A DNA stretch of 64,000 nucleotides from an uncultured bacterium. Its GTDB lineage: Bacteria; Patescibacteriota; Minisyncoccia; Phycocordibacterales; PALSA-1337. The translations under genes were made by a program, and so were the position numbers. Positions within the stretch are counted from its first letter, which is position 1. Each line of letters starts with the position of its first letter. The DNA is taken from contig CAWKEA010000005.1 in assembly GCA_963848635.1 (NCBI GenBank), positions 111,341 to 175,340 on the forward strand. The letters run 5' to 3'. The notes under the pieces were generated by a model. The model worked only from the letters and a program-made list of their open reading frames with translations, did not search any database and was not told where the DNA came from. Positions 10,853 to 20,792 of this stretch are shown piece by piece.

Positions 10853-10885
10853 GTGGGGTGTGGGTGCCGCTAATGCCTACACTGA

Positions 10886-10914
10886 GGTATACTATAGTAA
10901 ATAAGTTCTGTCAA
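10886..10914 (-). promoter_or_regulatory. Sigma70-type promoter pointing at the HAF gene, separated from it by IS30
   Basis: Minus strand TTGACA-17 nt-TATACC. Confidence 0.6.
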
Positions 10915-10942
10915 CCACTCAAAATCTGCTATAATGGCAGAC

Positions 10943-12862
10943 ATGAACATCCTCGAGATAATACCGATCGCCCGTGGCACGCGCGTCGAGACGCTGTCGT
11001 ATTTTACCAGTGAGAATCCGCCATTAGGCGCTATCGTCGACATCCCTCTGCGCGGCAAGACTGTCCACGGAGTAGTCGCGGCCGTGCGGTCAGCGGCCGA
11101 GATGAAAGCCGACTTGAAGACTGCCCCGTTTTCCTTGAAAAAGATCGAAAAAGTAAAGTCACGGGATTTCTTGCCCGCGGCTGTCATCGAAGCCGCACGG
11201 CTCGAAGCCGATTATGCAGGCGCGACCGTCGGCGCCGTGCTGAAATCGATGGTGCACGAGAGCATCTTTGCGGCAAGCGGAAAATTGGTGAATGCCCGTG
11301 CTGTGGGACAGAAAGCACCCGAGGGCGAGGCCTCAAAGCCGTCTGTCCATGTCCTCCAGGGCGATGACGACGACCGTTATGGGGCATATCGCAGTATGAT
11401 CCGCCAGGAATTTGCCCGAAAGAAGTCGCTTTTCTTTATGGCACCGACAGTCGAAGAAGCCATCTATTTGAATGCTATTCTTGAGAAAGGCATCGAGAAA
11501 TATATATTTCTCATCCATCAAGGGATGACGGCGAAAAAGATATGCGAACAATGGAACAAGGCGGTCCGAGAAGATCATCCTATAGTCATGATCGCGACCG
11601 GAAGCTTTATGGCGTTTTGGAGGGACGACCTTGAAACGCTGGTCGTAGAGCGCGAGAGCATGCGCGGCTGGAAAAGTCAGCGCAGACCGTATATCGACTT
11701 GCGCCATGCTATCGAGACATATGCCAAAAAAGCTGGCCTTAGGCTTTATATCGGCGATCTAGCCGTGCGGGTCGAGACGTCGCGCAGGCAGGACCAAGGG
11801 GAGATCGAAGCTGGATCCCTCTTCAAGTCCCGTTCAGTCTCGATGGCGCATGACGCCGTGATAGATATGAAACAATACAAGGGCGGCTCATCATTCCGCA
11901 TATTCTCGGAGCTTGCCGAGGCTTTACTGCAAAGGACGATCGAAGAAAACGCCCATATGGTCATCATTGCGGCGCGCAAGGGCCTTGCGCCTTCGACCGT
12001 CTGCGGCGACTGCCATTCGATCGTCGTCTGCAATAGTTGCGGCGCGCCCGTTGTCCTCCATGAGAGCAAAAAAACGGGCAAGGCAGAAGAAAGCGGCCTG
12101 ACATATTTTCTGTGCCACCATTGCGGCGAACGGCGACGGACCGAAGAATATTGCAAAACGTGCGGCTCGTGGAAGCTCGGCACGGTCGGCATCGGTATCG
12201 ATCTGGCACGGAAAAAGATCTTTGACCTTTTCCCCGGCGCCAACGTTTTTCAGCTCGATTCTGACAGCGCTCCGACGCCGAAAAAGATCAGGGAAACTAT
12301 CGAAAAATTCAAAGGAACGCCCGGTTCGATCCTTCTCGGAACCGAACTGCTCGTGAACCACTTGCACGAGAAGATACCCTATGCGGCGGTTGTGACGCTC
12401 GATTCGCTCCTTTCCTTGCCCGATTTCCGCATCAGCGAGCGCATCTTCTACATGCTCCTGCGATTGCGCGCCCTGACCGAACGAGAGCTCGTGGTACAGA
12501 CGAGAAAACCCGAAGAAAAGACGTTCGAATTCGCCGGCAAAGGCAATATAACCGATTTTGTCCGCCATACCCTCGGTGAGCGAAAGCAATTCGATTGGCC
12601 GCCATACTCCATTCTGATCAAGCTCTCGATCGAAGGCAAGCGCGACGAGATAGCGGCTGAGATGGAAAAGATAAAAAATCTCATCGCGCCTTTCGAGATA
12701 GACATCTTCCCATCATTCACTGCCGGTATCCGCGGAAATTCCCTACTTCATGGGGTTATGAGACTGCCAAGCGGCTCGTGGCCGCACCACGGCCTTCTTG
12801 CCAAATTGCGCGATCTCCCGCCTGCTGTCTCTGTGAATGTCGATCCGGAGAGCTTATTATGA
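10943..12862 (+). CDS. priA: Primosomal protein N' (PriA), helicase motifs degenerate
   Basis: 3'-DNA-binding N-terminus, CxxC...CxxC...CxxC...CxxC Zn ribbon, ILLGTE, LPDFRISE, WPPYS, VNVDP end; start ATG 10943 after TATAAT. Confidence 0.9.
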   Translation: MNILEIIPIARGTRVETLSYFTSENPPLGAIVDIPLRGKTVHGVVAAVRSAAEMKADLKTAPFSLKKIEKVKSRDFLPAAVIEAARLEADYAGATVGAVLKSMVHESIFAASGKLVNARAVGQKAPEGEASKPSVHVLQGDDDDRYGAYRSMIRQEFARKKSLFFMAPTVEEAIYLNAILEKGIEKYIFLIHQGMTAKKICEQWNKAVREDHPIVMIATGSFMAFWRDDLETLVVERESMRGWKSQRRPYIDLRHAIETYAKKAGLRLYIGDLAVRVETSRRQDQGEIEAGSLFKSRSVSMAHDAVIDMKQYKGGSSFRIFSELAEALLQRTIEENAHMVIIAARKGLAPSTVCGDCHSIVVCNSCGAPVVLHESKKTGKAEESGLTYFLCHHCGERRRTEEYCKTCGSWKLGTVGIGIDLARKKIFDLFPGANVFQLDSDSAPTPKKIRETIEKFKGTPGSILLGTELLVNHLHEKIPYAAVVTLDSLLSLPDFRISERIFYMLLRLRALTERELVVQTRKPEEKTFEFAGKGNITDFVRHTLGERKQFDWPPYSILIKLSIEGKRDEIAAEMEKIKNLIAPFEIDIFPSFTAGIRGNSLLHGVMRLPSGSWPHHGLLAKLRDLPPAVSVNVDPESLL

Positions 12863-12894
12863 CGAGACATCGTCGCAGGTTTCATCTGTTTCAT

Positions 12895-13623
12895 CTATTG
12901 AACGATCTTGCGAGCATTGCCCTCCTTCTTGCGTTCAAGGAAAAAAAGACCCATGATAAATGAGATCAGGTACTTGAATTCAAGGTTGAGGATGCCTTCT
13001 TTTTTAAACCTCCGTGCTGACGTCTTTATAGTGAGATGAGGGCTGAATATGACTTTTCCGACTTTCGTCAATCGTCTTGCCGTATCTGTGTCGTCTCCGT
13101 AAAACACTATATCTGTATTGAAACCTCCGACCGCTTCGAGCGAGCTTGCGCGCATGAAGCTGTTTCCGCCATTCATGATCGCCCCCGCACCGAAAAATTG
13201 CGCAATCGCGCTGATGGGCGTATATATCCATTTCTGGACTTGCAAAGAAAGATACCTGAACAACGTCCCGTAATCATAATAATCGTATGGACCGCCGGCA
13301 CCGGACACTTTTGGATCGTTAAAAAAGGCGGCCCCTTTCGACAACCAGTCTTTGTCCGGCACGCAGTCGGCATCCATACGAACGAGTATATCCCCTTTTG
13401 ATTCCGTTCTTCCTCTCTCACAAGCTGACATCGTTCCCTTCCTACTTTCAGAAACGAGCTTGGCCTTTTGAAAGGATCGAGCGATCTTGGCAGTGCCGTC
13501 AGTGCTCGCGTTATCCACGACAATAACCTCGAAATCAGGATAATCTTGGGCAAGGACTGCCTCGAGAGTCTTTCCCAAGTATTGTTCTTCATTGTATGCG
13601 GGGATTATGACTGATATTTTCAT
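12895..13623 (-). CDS. Glycosyltransferase family 2
   Basis: ISVIIPAYNEE, VVDNASTDGT, DAD motif, TSARRF. Confidence 0.93.
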   Translation of the reverse strand: MKISVIIPAYNEEQYLGKTLEAVLAQDYPDFEVIVVDNASTDGTAKIARSFQKAKLVSESRKGTMSACERGRTESKGDILVRMDADCVPDKDWLSKGAAFFNDPKVSGAGGPYDYYDYGTLFRYLSLQVQKWIYTPISAIAQFFGAGAIMNGGNSFMRASSLEAVGGFNTDIVFYGDDTDTARRLTKVGKVIFSPHLTIKTSARRFKKEGILNLEFKYLISFIMGLFFLERKKEGNARKIVQ

Positions 13624-13705
13624 ATAATGTGTTGTGGATTGAATAAAATCTGTGGAATCATGGGACCAGAATGATCCGCATGCGCCGTATGGATTTTATA
13701 GGCTG

Positions 13706-14432
13706 TCATCGTATCACCTTCCATTCCTTGACATATGCTCTCTTGAACAAGAACATCCAGACGGTATTCATGAACCAGAGCGACAAAAGCCGCGTCCAGC
13801 CCGTCTTATGAGCGCGCCGGCCGGTATGAAAGACCTTGAGCCTCGGATCAAGCCTGACTTTGCCCAACTTTGAAAGGCGCGAGAACAATTCTATGTCTTC
13901 GGCCGCGACGAGCTTTGGGTCATAGCCGCCTGCCTTTTTGAAGACGCTCGTCCTCATCATCTGGAATTCGCCGCCGGGCGATACCCCATAGCAGAGGACG
14001 TTGTTCAAGAAGCTCATCCATATATTCTGGGATATGAATATGATCTTATCGGCCAACGTCTCTGATTCCGGTAAGACGCGGAGCCATCCAGTGAGGGCCA
14101 CGAGCTTTTTTTCTTTAGTTAAAATCTTCGAGAGCAGTCGCAAAGAATTCTCCAGAATGAGTGACACTACAATCAGCATCCATGAACGCCAAAAAATCGC
14201 CTGCCGCCACGGCTGCTCCGGCATTGCGGCCCGCCGCTATCGTCTGGCGCTCCGGCCCCGCATGCTCGACAACCTTGTCGGCATATTTTTTGGCGATCTC
14301 GACTGTCTTGTCAGTGCTTGCTCCATCCGTGACGATGATCTCGTGCGGCAGAGATAGATTATTTTTGAGCGACGTCAAAGTCTTTTCGATGACGCTTTCC
14401 TCGTTTTTAGTCGGAATGATGATGGATATCAT
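13706..14432 (-). CDS. Glycosyltransferase family 2, split by one extra base near 14120
   Basis: ORF 14115-14432 (ISIIIPTKNEE, DGASTDKT, DAD) joins ORF 13706-14224 (GGYDPKLVAAED, TGRR); 727 nt minus 1 gives 242 codons. Confidence 0.85.
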
Positions 14433-14453
14433 GATGAATTATGATGCGTTCAT

Positions 14454-15053
14454 TTATTTTACCGTCTCCGCCATCCTTGCCTTCATATACTTGCCCCATC
14501 CTCCAAGGCCAAAGAAAAATACGACAACGAGCGCGATGACGAAGAGCGCGCCGAGGACTCCATTGATCTTTATATAAAGGTCGCCCAAAAAGTAGCCGAC
14601 GACTATGAGGAATCCTGTCCAGAAGAATTGGCCAAGAAAATTAAGCGATATATAGCGCTTGAACGGGATCTTGACGATGCCGGCTGTCACGAGAGTGACA
14701 AGAGCGAATCCGAAGCCCATAGTCACTTTTGATATGATCAAGATAGAATTCTGATGCTTGTGGAATATGCGCGTGACCGAGGTCACGCCGGATTCGGTGA
14801 TGCTGAAATATTTTCCAAAACGCTTGATGAAAGGATAGCCGAAGCGATAGCCGATCGTATACCAGAATGTATCGCCTAAAAGGTCGCCGACCATAAGAGC
14901 GATATATATCGGCGTAAATGGGACGAGACCGAGCTTGTAAAGAACGCCGCAGAGCATTGCCAAGATCGGTCCTTCGGCAAAAGACGCGACGGCGATGATG
15001 GCATATGTCCAATAATCGTGATTTTGGACAAAGCCGATGAGTAATTGCTCCAT
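14454..15053 (-). CDS. DedA/VTT family membrane protein
   Basis: EGP...GDLLGDTFWYTIGYRFG...AGIVKIPFKRY pattern. Confidence 0.9.
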   Translation of the reverse strand: MEQLLIGFVQNHDYWTYAIIAVASFAEGPILAMLCGVLYKLGLVPFTPIYIALMVGDLLGDTFWYTIGYRFGYPFIKRFGKYFSITESGVTSVTRIFHKHQNSILIISKVTMGFGFALVTLVTAGIVKIPFKRYISLNFLGQFFWTGFLIVVGYFLGDLYIKINGVLGALFVIALVVVFFFGLGGWGKYMKARMAETVK

Positions 15054-15132
15054 AGGTCTTTATTGTACAATCAAATCGTCTGTAAGCCCAGGAACAGCGA
15101 ATATCTCGATATGCTCATAAAAGCCTTGAATG

Positions 15133-15281
15133 ACCTCCTCCCCGGGTTCTCGCTTCGCTTCACCCGGGGTTTCCTTGGGAAGGCGCAGAAGCGTGACTAG
15201 CTCCGCTCGTCGGGCTCGCTTCGGTTCCATTCATCCCCGGACTGCGGAAGCCCCGTGTCTTCCTTGCCCGGGGTTTCCTGG
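15133..15281. repeat. GC-rich composite palindromic element (MITE/REP-like)
   Basis: Hairpin ccccgggt...acccgggg; 13-bp direct repeat cccggggtttcct at 15163-15175 and 15267-15279; repeated ctcgcttcg units. Confidence 0.55.
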
Positions 15282-15285
15282 TATA

Positions 15286-15318
15286 TAAAAAAAATCGGCA
15301 GGTTTCTGCCGATTTTAT
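15286..15318 (-). terminator. Intrinsic (bidirectional-type) terminator after the pilin gene
   Basis: aaaatcggcag-gttt-ctgccgatttt flanked by A/T runs. Confidence 0.8.
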
Positions 15319-15353
15319 GCATAAGCTCTCTCAACCTTGGCAAATAAAACCTA

Positions 15354-15947
15354 TCATCTCGTCACAGAAATAGGACCTTTACTGTCGGGAAGCTCGCTTT
15401 GTGCGTCAACCGTTATATGGCCGTTCGCGTCTTTGAGTATCGTATATCCTGTATCGTATGTTGAAGGGTCTGTGTAAGAGCCCTTTGTCGGATCATATGG
15501 CAGTGACGAGATATAATTCGGCACAAGGCAGGCCGCCAGATCGCCGCCATTCACGTCGCCGCTTTTTATCTCGGTAAAATTAGGGTTGATTCCAAGAATG
15601 GAAGCAGTGCCGTTACATGTCAGAACGCCTTGGTGCTCAGCCATATTTTCATCGACTCCGTTCAATATCGCGGCTATGTTAGCCATGCGTTGCGTATCTC
15701 TGGCCAATGCGAACTGCCGGGATGGATTGATGGCTACGATGACTACGGCCGCCAAAATAGCGATGATGCCGATGACGACGAGCAGTTCGATCAACGTGAA
15801 GCCTCGAGCGAATGTCCGCTGATTGAATACGCCCTTGATCGACTTGGCATATGCTTTGCCGGCCATGCGGCGGACAGACGTATCCTCCGGCCTATATTTC
15901 GACTGACGAGAGCCTTTGTTAATGCTGGCGAAATATTTTTTCTTCAT
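15354..15947 (-). CDS. Type IV pilin / pseudopilin
   Basis: Prepilin cleavage motif RG|FTLIELLVVIGIIAIL, INP..ARDTQR, Cys pair, LPYDP. Confidence 0.9.
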   Translation of the reverse strand: MKKKYFASINKGSRQSKYRPEDTSVRRMAGKAYAKSIKGVFNQRTFARGFTLIELLVVIGIIAILAAVVIVAINPSRQFALARDTQRMANIAAILNGVDENMAEHQGVLTCNGTASILGINPNFTEIKSGDVNGGDLAACLVPNYISSLPYDPTKGSYTDPSTYDTGYTILKDANGHITVDAQSELPDSKGPISVTR

Positions 15948-16262
15948 ATTTTTATCAAATAATTACCATTAATGACAAAATTATACGCGCCAGACATTAA
16001 GAAAAGTTAAAATAAATATAAAGAATATTTTAACTTCAATAATTATTTTAATTTCATGATGTTTAACCAGCCGAGTGAGTGAATCCTTTTCTAAAAAGCA
16101 CCAAAAAAATCCGTATAATCATACGATTATGAGATGTTTTCTACGAGGTTTAGCCACAAAATTGATCATTTTTGGACTCAATCTTAGAATTATACGACTC
16201 AAAAACACGTGATTTTAAAAATGACATACCCCTTGTTTCAAAGATTGACACTAAATGCGACA

Positions 16263-16488
16263 TTAGTGATAGTCCTGCTTGCCGTTCAAGATCAAGTTCG
16301 CTTCGGTCATTGCTTCTTCAGGGGCAAGCTCGTCTTTTTCCATCTTTTCAATAATTTGGTCGAGTGACCCGAATTCGCTCGTCGTTCGCGCCCATCAGAG
16401 CTATGCACTGACGTATCTCTTCGATCGACGTAAAAGCAGAATCTTTGGTTATTGGCGTCGTTTCGATATGTGGATGGATATGTTCCAT
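16263..16488 (-). CDS. Small hypothetical protein (74 aa) missing from the ORF track; one extra base near 16380
   Basis: Removing one base gives MEHIHPHIETTPITKDSAFTSIEEIRQCIALMGANDSEFGSLDQIIEKMEKDELAPEEAMTEANLILNGKQDYH*; starts 3 nt after the T4CP stop. Confidence 0.65.
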
Positions 16489-16491
16489 GTT

Positions 16492-19268
16492 TTATTTTTT
16501 ATACTTCTCGTTTATCTGCGCTTCTATCTCCGCGCGATCCTTGCCATAGGTCAAGTATGATAATTCTTTCAGCTTGCCTGCGATATCGCGATCGCCTTTT
16601 GGAATGTTCGGCACTGCTATATTGAATGGCTTCACAGGAATGCCTTTTGCGAGGATCTTTACATATGCGTTGAAGTTGTCGATATTGAGAATATCTTTTT
16701 GGGTAAAGACGGGCTCGAATTGCTTTGCAAGGAATTCAGCGTCTTCGGTGCCGACGCGGAAGATGGCCATGGATCCGACGTTGCCGAAGACGGCGTTCTT
16801 TATCTTTTCATCGAGCTGTTTGATGAATTGGTGCGCGATGTTAAGCGACAATTTATATTTGCGCGCTTCGGACAAGATCGTCGAGATGGAATCGGTGGTG
16901 ATATTCTGGAATTCATCGACATACAGATAGAACGGCGGCAGATCCTTGCCCAATCGAATCGACGCGCGACAGAGCAGCCATGAGGATCTTGCCGATCAAA
17001 ATGAGGCCGATGAGGTTCGCGTTGATGTCGCCAAGGCGGCCTTTGGACAGATTGACGAGCAGGATCTTCTTATTGTCCATGATGTCGCGGAAATTGAAGG
17101 TCGATTTTTCCTGGGCGATGACCGGGCGCATGATATCGTTGGCCAGGAAATTGTCGAATTTGGAGACGATGTACGGCACGATGTTGGCGAGCGACGCCTC
17201 ACCGCCAGCTTTGTCCGCCACCTCGCGCCAGAACTGGATGACAAGCGGATTCTTGCACGTGGCCAATTTCGATTCGCGGAAAGCCTTGTTTGAAAGGACG
17301 CGCGAAACGTCGATGAGCGTGTTATTTGACGAAGGGTCATCAATGGTAAGGAGGACCGCATTGCGGAAATATTGCTCGAACATAGGCCCGCCTGCGGTCT
17401 TCATATCAAAAAGCTTGTTGAATATTGAGAGCATCTCGTTCACGACGAAGGTCTTTTGCTCGGGATAGCGAGTATCATATTCGAGCATGTTCAAGCGCCA
17501 TCGGCCGCGCAGTATAGGCAGGATCGAAATAGATGACGTCCTCGAACCGGTTCGGCGGCACGAGGGAAAGGATGTCTTCGACGTCGGATCCGTGCGGGTC
17601 GATAAAACAGAGGCCATTCCCTTTTTGCATGTCCTGAAGGATCATGTCCTTGAGGAGAGTCGTCTTGCCGGTGCCTGTCTGGCCGATGACGTAAAAATGG
17701 CGCAAGCGGTCTTCGTCGGTCGTGAACACCTTTGTCTCGCGGCCTCGGTCGCTGTTTTTGCCGAGATAGGTGCCCGATTGCGGCAAGTCCATCGGCGCGG
17801 GAGCAGAGCCTGATTTCGTCAATTTGACCTGCGATGTCGAAATGCGGCCAGCGACCGGCAAATGCATGACGGTGGCCAACTCGCGGAGAGAAAGCGGGCA
17901 ATCGTAATCGCCATCGAATCGCCGATATGTGAAGGTATCGAGCTCTTTTTCGAGCTTGCCCTTTGTCGCGCGCGCGAATTCAAAGCGATTGCCAAGCGTA
18001 TTCTCGAACTGGCTGAAAGAGGCCTCGAGGTCGGTCAAGATCGCATCTGCCTTCTCTTGGCTTTCCGCCGAAGCGACGATGCGGATGTTGGTCGACAGAA
18101 TAGGCGAAGCGAGCTTGCTCTGTATCTCTTTCATCCCGAGCTCGTCCTCTGGACGCGGCCCTTTCTGAGACTTTTTTTCTTCTTTTTTCTTTTCCTTGTC
18201 CTCCTTGCTCGTCGTAAGATTGTTCAAAAGGCCGACCATGCCGGAAGCGGCGCCCTTTATAGCCTTGTGGCCGAGAGAATAGGCGATATCGATCGCTTCG
18301 CTGAGCTTTTCGCCTTTTTGTATCTTCTCAAGCGCTTTCCTATATTTATCTGAAAAAAATCCGCCGACAGGATTGAAAACGATCTGAATGCATCCTCCTT
18401 CGCCGTCCTTGTCGATCTTTGAGAAACTGTTCAAAAGCGCATTGATCGGGTCATGGTCGAACTGCTCATATGTCTTTATGGGAAAGATATGATTCCGCGC
18501 CTGCCGTGCATATGAAGCCGCCACAGCCCCTTTTTCATTGAAGATATTGAAATCGTCCTTGTGCTCGGTTATTTTCGCGTCGGGAAATATCGAAAGGATC
18601 TGCTTTTCGAAAAGATTGCGCTTCTCGTCTGGCACGGCGGCATAAAAGACAAAATCGTCGCTGTGATTGGCCACGGCGATCTCAAAGGCAAAGATGCTGT
18701 TCACGCCGCCGCTATTGACTGACATTCCCGCGTAGAACTGTTCCATGGATGAAAGGAGCTCTTTGAGCGGCTTCTGCGTCCCGTCTTTCTTTTCATTTTC
18801 CGGCACAAGGATCTCGAACAGCGACATCTTGAGAGAGCTCCACAGATCGTCTTTCTCTTTCAAGCCGCCGATGATAAAGCCGGATTTTATATATTGCACG
18901 AGCAATCGATGGAAGTCGTCGGAGACGTGCGGGTCATCCATCTTTTCGACGACGGAAAGGGTCGCATGGATGCCTTTCGTCTCAAGCATGCCGAGAAGCT
19001 CGTTCATCTTTCCATCGTGCGCTTCCGGCGCGAGGTCGAGCACGACGGCCTCCATCTCCGGCGTCGGCACGATGTATTTTTCGTGCAAAACCTCGTCAGG
19101 CTTTTTCTCGGCATATTTCACGACTTCCTCGCGCGCCACATGCTCGACGCTCCCATCTGGCGTCTTTTCGAGCAGGTCGCGCTCGCGCCTTGCGATCATC
19201 TCGCGCAGATATGCGATCTCCTCCTGCGGATTGGTGAATTTTTCCTGCGTGCCTGTTAGGTTTTCCAT
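16492..19268 (-). CDS. Type IV secretion coupling protein / TraD-HerA-like ATPase (about 924 aa), split by two extra bases near 17494 and 16950
   Basis: RLRHFYVIGQTGTGKT, IDPHG, LLVNLSKGRLG, YLYVDEFQN, LSEARKY, AVFGNVG across three ORFs; 2777 nt minus 2 gives 925 codons. Confidence 0.88.
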
Positions 19269-19290
19269 GGATGGATTATATCAAACCTAT

Positions 19291-19593
19291 CTATATCCCC
19301 AACCCTGCCTTCAAATCCTGCTTTTTCTTTTCGGCAGTGAGAGTCTTCTCGGCATCCTCGATCTCGGCAAAAGCGGCGAGCGCCTCTTTTTGCAGAGCGG
19401 CCTTTTTCTCAACCTCGTCAGCCTCTTTCTCGAGCGCATCAAAGAAGAAAGCGGAAATGATCCTCACCTGAGTCTGTTCAGGAAACTCTTTGAGATGGTC
19501 TATGATGAAATCCTTTGCCGCTCGCTCGTCGCCGGTATCGACTACCCTCATGAATTGATCGCGGATTGATTTTGTAGCGTCAGTTGTGCTCAT
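19291..19593 (-). CDS. Hypothetical helical protein
   Basis: Acidic/Ala-rich 100-aa ORF co-oriented in the T4CP cluster. Confidence 0.75.
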   Translation of the reverse strand: MSTTDATKSIRDQFMRVVDTGDERAAKDFIIDHLKEFPEQTQVRIISAFFFDALEKEADEVEKKAALQKEALAAFAEIEDAEKTLTAEKKKQDLKAGLGI

Positions 19594-19612
19594 AGTAGTA
19601 TAAGTTTAATGG

Positions 19613-20713
19613 TTAATTGAGGGTGCTCTTGTCGAAGCCGGCGAACATCGTGTCGAACAGAGCGCTGAATATAGACGCCCAAAAGCCGCCTTTTGCGGCG
19701 ATCGCCCCTTTCCTTTCATTCACTCGTTCTCTCATAAATCCATCGCGGTGAAGACCTTTTTCTTGATCAGTCAATTGATTCCATATAGCATCATCTAGAT
19801 TATTTGTTGCATTGCTTCTCCATTTTTTAAAATCAGCCTTTATTGTCGCCTCATCGACCACTTCTTTCTTGATGTCATTCATTCCAAAGACTTCTTTCTT
19901 TTTCGGTTCCCCGGCCATCTCGCGGTTGAGCGCCTCCAGCATGTCTTGGTTCCCTTTTATGCTGAGAGCCAATACAGATCCGATCTCTCTTTTCCAATGG
20001 TCAAGCTCGGCAAACGCCGCCTCCAAATCTGTCTTCATCTCGACGAGCTGTCGGATCCTCTTGCCTGAAGTGAGCGCCTTCCAAAAGCCTGCATTTTCCA
20101 CGGCCAGCTTGTTGATGGCTTTTTTGCGTTCGACATCGTCGGATATCGCCGCGGCTTTCAGATATTTTTCTGGATTGATGCCTTGTTTTTTGCACAGATC
20201 TTCGACTTTGTCATTGAGCTCCTTGAATTGGCCATTCCTTGAATTCTGAAGGACTTTGACGCTGAGAGATATCTCTCTGAACCTGCTCGGATCGCTGACC
20301 GCTATCTTTTTGATCGTTTCATGGGATATCTTGACGATACCATCGGCGCCGACCTCCTGCATGATCCTTTGGATATCGGGATTATTTTTTGCTATCTGCT
20401 GTACCAGTTCAGGCGTCAGCTCGCTTTTTATGGCCTCCGCTTCACGCATTTTCTCGGAAAACGCGTCACGCGCTTCAGCTATCTTTTTCACATCGTCGGC
20501 CTCCATTTTTCCAGAAACCAGCCTGGCGAGCATTTCCTTGTCGTCAGGGTCTCCCGACTGTTCGATCATCTCGCCGAAAAGAGCGCTCGATTCCTTGCCG
20601 CTCAATATTTCCTTGACCGTGAGCGTATCCACCGGCTCTTCCGGTATGCCAGCCTTCTCTCGTCTGTCTTTTTCGAGCCTATCCTTCTCTTCGCTGAATA
20701 TGTCGATTTTCAT
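19613..20713 (-). CDS. Hypothetical coiled-coil protein
   Basis: E/K-rich 366-aa ORF with amphipathic C-terminus (GGFWASIFSALFDTMF), upstream of the T4CP gene. Confidence 0.8.
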   Translation of the reverse strand: MKIDIFSEEKDRLEKDRREKAGIPEEPVDTLTVKEILSGKESSALFGEMIEQSGDPDDKEMLARLVSGKMEADDVKKIAEARDAFSEKMREAEAIKSELTPELVQQIAKNNPDIQRIMQEVGADGIVKISHETIKKIAVSDPSRFREISLSVKVLQNSRNGQFKELNDKVEDLCKKQGINPEKYLKAAAISDDVERKKAINKLAVENAGFWKALTSGKRIRQLVEMKTDLEAAFAELDHWKREIGSVLALSIKGNQDMLEALNREMAGEPKKKEVFGMNDIKKEVVDEATIKADFKKWRSNATNNLDDAIWNQLTDQEKGLHRDGFMRERVNERKGAIAAKGGFWASIFSALFDTMFAGFDKSTLN

Positions 20714-20792
20714 GGTAGTGCTGTATTAGTAGTATAAATAAAAGGACGTCCTAATCATATAATGCTTGCGCCTTCTTGTGAAGCCGTCTTCT

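Noticed and set aside
13630-13660. TGTGGAWT motifs as DnaA boxes or an origin
   Set aside because: Only scattered imperfect matches (also near 25081 and 37631), with no cluster and no dnaA/dnaN nearby.
15133-15281. tRNA, tmRNA or SRP RNA gene
   Set aside because: Fragments such as ggggatgaa and ccttcccaagg are suggestive, but no cloverleaf, TTCGA loop or SRP helix-8 motif can be built.
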